Source of the DNA: Octopus sinensis
Lineage: Eukaryota
NCBI RefSeq assembly: GCF_006345805.1
Contig: NC_043002.1
Span: 96,534,001 to 96,598,000 of the forward strand
Direction of reading: 5' to 3'
Length of the DNA stretch: 64,000 bases
Translations under genes and position numbers: made by a program
The notes under the pieces: generated by a model
Seen by the model: the letters and a program-made list of their open reading frames with translations, nothing else
Database searches by the model: none
Told to the model about the DNA's origin: nothing
Part shown: piece after piece, positions 54,306-64,000 of the stretch
Layout: each line of letters starts with the position of its first letter
How positions within the stretch are numbered: position 1 is the stretch's first letter

Positions 54306-54853
54306 CTTACTGTTCAACAACCACATGCTTCCGTCCCACTGCGTGCCACCTTGGGCAAGTGTCTTCTACTATAACCTCAGGCTGACCAAAGCCTTGTGAG
54401 TAGATTTGGTAGACAGAAACTGAGAGAAGCCCATCATATATATCTATATGTATGTATGTATGTATGTGTGTGTATGTATGTATGTATGTGTATATGTTTG
54501 TGTGTCTGTGTTTGTCCCCCCCACCATTGCTTGACAACCGATGTTGGTATGTTTATGTCCCTGTCACTTAGCAGTTCGGTAAAAGAAACCTATAGAATAA
54601 GAATGTCCGGGATCAATGTGTTTGAGTAAATGCGGTGCTCCAGCATGACTGCTGTCAAATGATTGAACCAAATAAAAGAATAAAAAGAATATATACGACG
54701 GGCTTCTTTCAGTTTCCGTCTACCGAATTCACTCACAAGGCTTTGGTCAGCCTGATGCTATCGTAGAAGACACTAGCCCAAGGTGCCACGCAGTGGGACT
54801 GAACCTGGAACCATGTGGTTGAGAAGCAAGCTTCTTACCATACAGGCACTCCC
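54306..54853. mobile_element. Two S1 SINEs in inverted arrangement
   Basis: Plus copy 54306-54690 followed by a minus-strand head half 54695-54853. Confidence 0.7.
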
Positions 54854-55716
54854 ATTTTATACATAAGTTCATAAGTCTGGTGTCACGCCATGTCTACGTA
54901 ATTATGCTTCCAGTTTCAAAGTGTCCTTGTTTAATATCTTAACATACATCATACTGATGTTAAATTCTGACACGTTGTTTGCAAGGTTATTCACCACAGT
55001 GTGTCACGATAATCTCACGTGTATGTGTGTGCCTGTGTTTGTGGGGGTAGGTGGTTATCATTACAGTCACCCAGTATATTTATCTGTGCTGTCAAGGCTA
55101 AGGATTGTACAGCTAATCTATCTAGGGTAATAATGGTGTAGATCTTTTTTTTTTTTTTTTCAGTTTGAAATGTTGAAATTTTAATTTCTTTAATAATCTT
55201 ATTTTGAAAAATGTGTCGTGCAACTAAGCATTTCAATATTAAGTACATGTTTATAGATAAGCATTTTATTACATCATATAAGCTACTGGTGTGGCTGTGT
55301 GGTAAAAAGTTTGGTTCTCAATCACATAGTTCTGGGTTCAGTTCCACTACATGGCAACTTGGGCAAGTGTCTTCTACTATAGCCCTAGGCTGGGAAAAGC
55401 CTTGTGAGTGGATATGGGAGACGAAAACTGAAAGAAGCTTGGTGTATATATATATATATTTGCACACACACACACACACACATGTATATATATATGTTTG
55501 TTTTTTATCATCATCATTGTAATTTAACGTCCGTTTTCCATGCTGGCATGGGTTGGACAGTTTGACTGAAAACTAGCAAGCTGGGGAGCTGCACCAGGTT
55601 CCAATCTGATTTGGTAATGTTTCTGTGGCTGGTTGCCCTTCCTAGCACCAACCACTTCAAGAGTGTAGTGGGTGCTTTTTACATGCCACAATGGGTTACT
55701 CTATACTTTTTAGAGT

Positions 55717-56260
55717 ATGCGTATCACTTAGGTTTTTGAGAGGGGATGACCTCCCTTTGCGAATATCATTAAAGGGCACAGGATTGTGTCTAAAGCCAGC
55801 TGGAGATGATGATCTCCTGGGGCTAAAAAGCTACAGTAACACCCCCCACCCCTTGTAGTTAGCCATGTTAAAATGGCTAGTATACTTTACGTTGTCGAGC
55901 ACTTACTGTTTACATCTTGCTCAGAGATTTATTATTGCTTTCAGACCGTTTTTCGAAATCAGTGACAGTGGTTACTGGAAAAACATTAAATAGATATTCA
56001 CAAACAGGTCTCTCTTATCGAAAACCCGCGATTAGCGTGTGTTGACAAGAGACAATATCTCGAAACTGCAGTCCATGCATATCTCTTAGGTTTTCGAGAG
56101 GGGATGACCTCCCTTTGCGAATATCATTAAAGGGCACAGGATTCTATCTAAAGCCAGCTGGAGACGATGATCTCCTGGGGCTAAAAAGTTACAGTAACAT
56201 CCCCCACCCCTAGTGGTTAGCCATGTTAAGATGGCTAGTATACTTTACGAATTTATTATT
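55717..56260 (+). mobile_element. Non-coding retrozyme-like element B: 358-bp unit plus partial direct repeat, in GINS3 intron 1
   Basis: Direct repeat with CTTAGG at 55727 and 56085. Shares blocks with element A (CCTGGGGCTAAA, ACAGTAACACCCCC, TAGCCAT..ATGGCT, TTTTCGAAATCAG). HHR at the junction. Confidence 0.75.
56037..56078 (+). ncRNA. Type I hammerhead ribozyme, U3-A8 core variant
   Basis: Stem I GTGTG/CATGC, core TTGACAA, stem II GAGA-caata-TCTC, GAAA, palindromic stem III ACTGCAGT, GUC cleavage site after 56073. Confidence 0.75.
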
Positions 56261-57451
56261 CTTATACAAGAATGTTGTTGATAGTAATTTCAATGTTTCA
56301 ACCAGCTAACCCAGCATGATCTTCGAACTTGGGCCTCACACAGGCAATGACTAGTGACCAAAACCTTTGGCGATATGCTGCACTTGAGAAGACCTGTCAA
56401 GCCAAGTCAAATCGTAGTCATGGCTGATGCTGGTATCATATAACTAGTACCTGTGCTGGTGGCACATAAAGAGTACATTTCGCGTATTGGGCCTCATGGA
56501 AGCAAAGTGGCTGAGCTGCTTTCAAGCATTAGGCCTCATGGAGGCCAAGTGGTTGAGTTCCTTTCGAGTGTTGGGTCTCACAGAAACAATGACCAAGACC
56601 TTTGGCATTATTCCATGGCAGATACTGGTATTACATGAATGGCACCTGTGCTGGTGGCACGTAAAAGCACCCATTACACACTCAGAGTGGTTGGCGTTAG
56701 GAAGGCAATCCAACCATAGAAAACCATACCAAATCAGATTGGCGTCTGGTGCAGCCCTCTGGCTTACAAGCCCTGGTTAAACTGTCCAACCCTTGCCAGC
56801 ATGGACAATGGATGTTAAATGATGATGATGATGGTTATATATTTTTAGAATGACACTGTAGGGTAGGTATGAGAGGCTGGATTTGATTGGTTTGAACATG
56901 AAATAGGTTGAATATTTCAGCTGGATATGGCTCAGTGGTTAGAGTTCTCAGACTGGGAATCTTATGTTGCTCCTGTTCACTCAGCTGTAGAAATGAGTTG
57001 CAATGTCACTGGTTCCAAGCTGTAGTTGACTTTGTCTTTTACTTGGACAACATTGGTGGCTTGGAGAGGGGAGGCTGGTTTGCATGGGCAACTGCTGGTC
57101 TTCCATCAGCAGCCTTACCCAGACTTGTGCCTTGGAGGGTAACTTTCTAGGTGCAGTCCCGTGGGCATTTGTGACTGAAGGCCTTTACCCTTTATCCTAA
57201 ATGTAAGGGGTTAAACCTCAGGTGTCATTGGTACTTATTTTCAGCTGAATGTATACTGGAGCTACAGAAAATGAAGGACATAGGAAATGAAGATACAGAA
57301 AATCAAAGACAGAAGACATTACTTGATTTAAGAATTGAAGCCATGACCTAACAAAACTTATGGGCCTGGTACACTAACCACTAAGCCACTTACCTTCTCT
57401 GAGGTTTCATAATAGGAAGGTAAAATGAAAAATAATTTTCTGCCAGCATAT

Positions 57452-57659
57452 ACTCTTTACTCTTTTACTTGTTTCAGTCATTTGACTGTGGCTATGCTGG
57501 AGCACCACCTTTAGTCGATCAAATTGACCCAGGACTTATTCTTTGTAAGACTAGTATTTATTCTATCGGTTTGTTTTGCTGAACCACTAAGTTACGGGGA
57601 TGTAAACAGACCAGCATCGGTTGTCAAGCGATGGTGGAGGGACAAACACAAACACATAA

Positions 57660-57694
<35 letters not shown>

Positions 57695-57976
57695 CATTAC
57701 AAATAAGAAAATGGAGAAATAATTTTGTTGATTTACCAGCTTTAGGATATTAGAATGTTGACTTATTTATTTATCAAACCGACAACCATAACATACATAT
57801 ATACATTATAAAATTACGACGGGCTTCTTTCAGTTTCCGTCTACCAAATCCACTCATGGCTTTGGTTGCCCAAGGCTATAGTAGAAGACATTTACCCAAA
57901 GTGCCATGAAATGGGAATGAACCCGGAACCATGTGGTTGGTAAGCAAGCTACTTACCACACAGCCACTACTACGCC
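57452..57976 (-). mobile_element. SINE S1 with an AT-rich insert
   Basis: Homologous to 6144-6545. Confidence 0.75.
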
Positions 57977-58425
57977 TATATAAAAATATTTTTATGTGAA
58001 ACAATGAACCATAAACTGAAGAAATATATATTTTGTCTCCTTATGATTTGAACTGAGAGCAGTGAAGAAAATATTTTTCTTTAGTATATCAAAGGTGACG
58101 GTGTGGCTGTATGGTAAGAGGTTTTTTTCCCAACCACATGGGTCTGGGTTCTGTTCCATTGCATGGCACCTTGGGCAAGTGTTTTCTTTTATACCCTCAG
58201 GCTGACCAAAAGCTTGTGAGTGGATTTGGTAGACGGAAACTGAAAGAATCCCGACACACACACACACACACACACATGTCTGTGTGTTTGTGTTTGCCCT
58301 CCCCTCCGTCACCGCTTGACAACCAGTGTTTGCATCTTTCGTCATCGTAACCTAGCTGTTCGGCAAAGAGAGATCGATAGAATAAGTACCAGAATAAGTA
58401 CAGAAGTCGGTCTGTTTGACTAAAC

Positions 58426-59726
58426 CAGTGATTCTCAACCGGGGTCCACATGACCCTTTGGGGTCCACATAAGATTTCGCTATTAAAATTTACGTGCAAG
58501 GAATTGGGTATAATTCTACAATACAGAAAATATTTTTACAATTATTTAATACAATTCTTTATGATATCTATATAAAACTCTAGTTGTGTGAGTGTCTGAG
58601 AAAGCCCGAATTGGCATCTATAAAGGAAGTAACTCTCTAAAAATGCTTATATAGATATTTCCCTTACAAACCCGAGCAACGCCGGGCGATACTGCTAGTC
58701 TATATATATAAAACTCTAGTTGTGTGAGTGTCTGTCCCCTTCGATTTAGATTCCTAACTCCTCCCACATTTTGCGGTGCAGTTTAACCAAATCGGGTATC
58801 TTAATAGTGTGATTCATATCGAGCCCGTCTGACTATTAGCGCGCGTCAACGATGAGTCTACGATTTAAAAAAAATTTAACATCATTTTTTATTCCATTTT
58901 AATGCATAAAATGCATCGTGTGTCGATGGCGGCGGAGTTGGCGTCCACGCTCACAGCTGCACCTGTTTGCTCTCCCCCTTCCCTCCCTCGTGAAGCTTTG
59001 GGGAAGGGAGTGTAAAGAAATCAACGTCCGTAATGCGTTGTGAAGGAAACCAGCGTTCTTTTAGAACAACGACTTCATGGCTTGAAGACACCAAAACAAA
59101 ATGGCTAAGAAAGCCCGAATTTATAAGGAAGTAACTCTCTAAAAATGCTTATATAGTTATTTCCCTTACAAACCGAGCAACGCCGGGCGATACTGCTAGT
59201 CTTTATATATAAATGGAAGTTGTGTGTCTGTCTCCTACGATTTAGATTCCTAACTACTACTCCCACATTTTGTGGTGCAGTTTAACCAAAACGGGAAACG
59301 TATCTATAGTCGTGGTCATATCGAGCCCTTCTGGGTATTAGCACGCGTCTACGATGAGTCTACGATTTAAAAAAAAATTTACCATCATTTTTTTCCATTT
59401 GAATGCATTTTTTCGTTATTATATAGGGAAGTAACTCTCTAAAAATGTCTACGATGAGTCAACGATTTAAAAAAAAAATTTATCACATTTTTTTTTTTTT
59501 TTTTAATGCATTTTTTTGCTATGTTTTGGCTATAACTCTCTAAAAATGCTTATATAGTTATTTCCCTTACAAACCCGAGCAACGCCGGGCGATACTGCTA
59601 GTGATGTAATAAAATGCTTATAATAGAATTTTTTAAAGCATTATTAAATGATTTGGAGGGTCCAATAGAATAAAGCAGGTATCAAAGAGGTCCATGGGCA
59701 AAAAAAAAAATGGTTAAGAAACGCTG
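58426..59726. mobile_element. hAT-like MITE hosting the Helitron trimer, itself inserted in a SINE
   Basis: Ends CAGTGATTCTCAACC / GGTTAAGAAACGCTG; 8-bp TSD GACTAAAC/AACTAAAC. Confidence 0.75.
58567..59601 (+). mobile_element. Head-to-tail trimer of non-autonomous Helitrons
   Basis: Units 58567-58698, 58699-59199 and 59200-59601 joined at exact CTAG|TC junctions. Confidence 0.85.
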
Positions 59727-61259
59727 AACTAAACGTCCAAGATGGCGCCCCAGCATGGCCGCAGTCCGATGACTAAAACAAGTGAAAGATATGATTACTT
59801 TCGTTTTCTCATCTGTTTTGATCCTGCTTCCGCTATAGTCAGTGATGTGTATGTACCAGTTATATATTACGGACGATTTAATTACATAATTAGTTCAGCG
59901 ATTGACCTTACACCTGAACAGAGCGAAACCAAATTTCTATAGTTTTATGGAAAAACAGTTATTTTTTAAGTTACGAAAAGTTACGGATCCAAGGGAGACA
60001 ATTATCTTACAAAGCGGAATAACTTCGTTATAAAAATATAGCATAGCTTTTTTTTTTAACGCATTGTTTCTTTCTTTTCTCGAATCTTAAGCATATACTC
60101 TTTTGCTCTTTTACTTGTTTCACTCATTTGACTGCAGCCGAGCTGGAGCACCGCCATTATAGTCGAGCAAATCGACCCCCAGGACTTATTCTTTGTAAGC
60201 CTAGTACTTATTCTTGCGGTCACTTTTACCGAACCGCTAAGTTACGGGAACGTAAACACACCAACGATGCCCGGGGGGGGGGGGGGGGCAGACACACAAA
60301 TACACACACACACACACAGTGGCTCTCATGGCTTCTGATCTTAACTGATTGGAAGTGTTATCATGTACATTGTTTTGTCTTGGTATAAAAAATGGGCTAC
60401 AGCAAATATTCTGCTCAATACCACAGACTTGCTTGTTAGTTGTTTGACCGTAACCAGTTGAGCATGTCCCTTAGTGGCTGACGATATGTGCATCTCTGAT
60501 CACGAGCAGAAGTAGTGGGGGAACATCATAGCCATGTGTTGAGAGGGATTCTTTGGGCTTTGAATAATTCATCTCTCGAAACATGGGTGTTTTGTCCAAC
60601 ATCCTTAAACAACCCTTATTCATGGACCTTTTGAGCAGGATGGGTTACTTGTCCAGAAGAAAATTCTAACTGGGCCCCACCTGCAAGGTCATGTGCTGTT
60701 TATCCTGATATGAGATCACCATGTCGCGCACATATGGCTGTGATGCATGTGCCTGGTGTACCCTTGTGTGGCTATTTGACTTGCTAGAAATAGCAGCTTG
60801 AATTACACCTTACCATCTTAAGAAACAAGACATGACAGAAAATGTGAAAATTAATATTTTCTGAAAATATATATTAACACATTTTTTTCAAGGTAATCCC
60901 AAATTAGTTTTAATCACCTTGAAAACGTTGTGTTAACATTTATTTTTGGAAATATTAAATTCAATGATATTTTATGCTAATACAATAGAAACAGCTGTCA
61001 GCTTTGTAAGGTGAATTCTACAATAAAAATTGTGATTTTCTCTATATTTATTTTTGTCATCAAATACTCTGAATTTCTTCAAATTCTTCTAAATGATATT
61101 TGTATCTACTTATTGTATATGAGGAATTACCGTGGATGTGTATTTTGCTCACATTTACTGGTGCCAGATCGTTGGACATTGTTAACCAAATTCATTCAAA
61201 ACTGAGTGCTTCATTGATATCTACCTGGATTTTTTAATCCCCTTCCCCTTCATATATAA

Positions 61260-61306
<47 letters not shown>

Positions 61307-61377
61307 TATACATACTATATTATATATACATACAACATATATATATATATATATAGATATATATAAATAATAATATA

Positions 61378-61451
<74 letters not shown>

Positions 61452-61469
61452 TTCTGCACCCCCCCCCCA

Positions 61470-61720
61470 TAAAAAAAGCACCATCCGAACGTGGCCGATG
61501 CCAGACCCCTCTGGCACCTGTGCAGGTGGCACGTAAAAAACACCCACTACACTCGCGGAGTGGTTGGCGTTAGGAAGGGCATCCAGCTGTAGAAACACTG
61601 CCAGACTAGACTGGAGCCTGGGGCAGTCCCGAGCTCTCCAGACCCCGGTCGAAACCGTCCAACCCGTGCTAGCGCGGAAAACGGACGTTAAACGATGATG
61701 ATGATGATGATGATGATGAT
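61470..61720 (+). mobile_element. (GAT)n-tailed retroposon S6
   Basis: GTGGTTGGCGTTAGGAAGGGCATCCAGC...GGACGTTAAACGATGATGAT; other copies at about 5484-5785, 55508-55690 (-) and 56340-56833. Confidence 0.75.
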
Positions 61721-61906
61721 ATGTACACATTACAGATAAAGAGTAAAGAATTATTAATTTAATAATTAATAAATTTTACCATGTAGTTTCAGTATGGAAA
61801 GAGAACCATTATCGGTAGAAACTTTTACAAAATGTTTTTATATAAATATAATTAGGGGTTAAGCAACAAGTTGCTCACCACGAAGAATCTTGTTGCTTAA
61901 CCCTTA

Positions 61907-61942
<36 letters not shown>

Positions 61943-62156
61943 TATATATATATATACATACACGCACACAATATGTAATAATAATATACATATTATAATA
62001 TGTATATATATATATCTATGTGTATATATACACACATATATAATATTATAATATATATATATATATATATATATTATATTATATATATTGTATATATACA
62101 CATATAATATCTATATATATATATATATAATATATATATATATAATATATCGCACA

Positions 62157-62189
<33 letters not shown>

Positions 62190-62194
62190 CGCAC

Positions 62195-62244
<50 letters not shown>

Positions 62245-62557
62245 CGCACATTATATATAATATATATATTACACATTTAATGCCTGTATTATGACGGTTT
62301 TCATCCACTAAATCTATTCACAAAGCTTTGGTCTGCCCTGGGTTGTAATAGAAAATCCTGCCTGAGGTGCTACACAACAGAACTGAGCCTGGAACCAATG
62401 GTTAAGAAGCAACTTTTGTAATCACACAACCAAACCCATGTCCATGTCTGCATTATGTTTATTTATGTATAAAAGATGGGATAGTCAGTTTTGGAATGTC
62501 TTTTATTATAGTGCTGCTCCATTAGAGCTAACCTGGACTAAATAAAAACAATAAAAA

Positions 62558-62737
62558 CGTATGGCTGTGTGGTAAGTAGCTTGCTAACCAACCACATGGT
62601 TCCGGGTTCAGTCCCACTGCGTGGTAACTTGGGCAAGTGTCTTCTGCTATAGCCTCGGGCCGACCAAAGCCTTGTGAGTGGATTTGGTAGACGGAAACTG
62701 AAAGAAGCCTGTCGTATATATGTATATATATATATAT

Positions 62738-62783
<46 letters not shown>

Positions 62784-62988
62784 GTCTGTGTTTGTCCCCC
62801 TAGCATTGCTTGACAACCGATGCTGGTGTGTTTACGTCCCCGTCACTTAGCGGTTCGGCAAAAGAGACCGATGGAATAAGTACTAGGCTTACAAAGAATA
62901 AGTCCTGGGGTCGATTTGCTTGACTAAAGGCGGTGCTCCAGCATGGACGCAGTCAAGTGACTGAAACAAGTAAAAGAATAAAAAGAAT
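62558..62988 (+). mobile_element. SINE S1 just upstream of the GINS3 exon 2 acceptor
   Basis: Homologous to 6144-6545. Confidence 0.85.
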
Positions 62989-63039
62989 TAAAAAAAAAAG
63001 AATTGAAGTTTTTTCTTTTTGATTATATTTTATTTCCAG

Positions 63040-63314
63040 GTTTCCTCGACCCAAGTTCAGACGAAAAAGACATCAAACCCGGCACGAAACTTGAGTTCCC
63101 GTTTTGGCTGGCACAAGCTCTTTGCAGTCAGAAAAGGCATATTATCAGTGTTGAGCTACCCAAGCCTTATCGAATAGGTTATAGAGAGGTGATGATGGCT
63201 GATGCCAGCGTTGTGAACCTGCACAAACTTGGACCTTATTTCTATGACCTTGGCTGCAAGTTACGATATTTCCCTTTTACAGAAATAGACGACGTTGCTA
63301 AATCCTTGCTCGAT
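63040..63314 (+). CDS. GINS3: GINS complex subunit 3 (PSF3), coding exon 2
   Basis: Polypyrimidine tract plus CAG acceptor at 63039. Translation GFLDPSSDEKDIKPGTKLEFPFWLA...ADASVVNLHKLGPYFYDLG...KSLLD is typical PSF3. GTAAGT donor at 63315. Exons 1+2 total 393 nt, in frame. Confidence 0.93.
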
Positions 63315-64000
63315 GTAAGTTGAGAAAACACTTCTAACGCTTGTCCTGTTCCTTTGTTGGTTTGTTTAAAAAAACATCATCTCTGATAAGTCGCGGTTTT
63401 CGAACGAGTTGTTTCCCTTACATTAATATTGACTATTAACTAAGAGTTGTCTCCCTTTCGTGTAATGAAATTTTTTCTCGAGAAGCCCTTCATCATCATC
63501 ATCATCATCATCGTCATCGTCATCACGTTCACTTTTCCATGCATGCTTGGGTCTGACGGAGCTTGTTGAGGCGGATTTTCTATAGCCCGATGCCCTTCCT
63601 GTCAATGACCCTCACCATTTTCCAAGTAAGTTCATATTCACCATGAGCAGGTATGTTTCATAGAAGATTAGAAACGGAGGACACTGCTTGCATGACGGTG
63701 ACACTCGTTTACAGCCATCACATGAAGTCGAATCAAGGAGACAGTAACACACACACACACGTGCACACACATATGACAGGTTTCTTTCTGTTTCCATCTT
63801 CAAATCCACTCATAATTCTTTGGTTGGCTCAGGGATACAGTAGGAGACAGTTCCCCAAGGTGCGTTGCAGTGGGATTGAACCCAGAACTTCGTGGTTGTG
63901 TATCTATGAATAACAAATAGCTTTTTTTAAAACCCAAGTTGAGCCATTTTGTCTTTGTTTTACTCAAACAAAAAACATCTTGGAAAAGATTACTTTGTAA

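Noticed and set aside
61774-61820. HHR-like CCGATAA...GAAAC on the minus strand
   Set aside because: Core and stems are too degenerate to call

Overview
AT-rich, microsatellite- and transposon-dense eukaryotic DNA. The SINE families look like those of Octopus; this is recognition from memory, not a search. Two host genes lie head-to-head about 38.8 kb apart: the first coding exon of AMFR/gp78 (minus strand, 9510-9818) and coding exons 1-2 of GINS3/PSF3 (plus strand, 48581-48698 and 63040-63314). The rest is nested mobile DNA: tRNA-derived SINEs, RTE/CR1/L1-like LINE fragments, Tc1/mariner, hAT/piggyBac/other MITEs, solo LTRs, and Helitrons (a decayed helicase plus non-autonomous copies, including a head-to-tail trimer). 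The most striking unexplained signal is a set of hammerhead-ribozyme (HHR) motifs. Two diverged ~360-bp non-coding tandem-repeat elements (45011-45711 and 55717-56260) each carry a type I HHR with a compensatory U3-A8 core. They share covarying hairpins, start within 4 nt of the predicted cleavage site and end at the homologous position. This suggests a retrozyme-like, Penelope-dependent structured-RNA family. All structures were deduced by eye; no folding program or database search was run.
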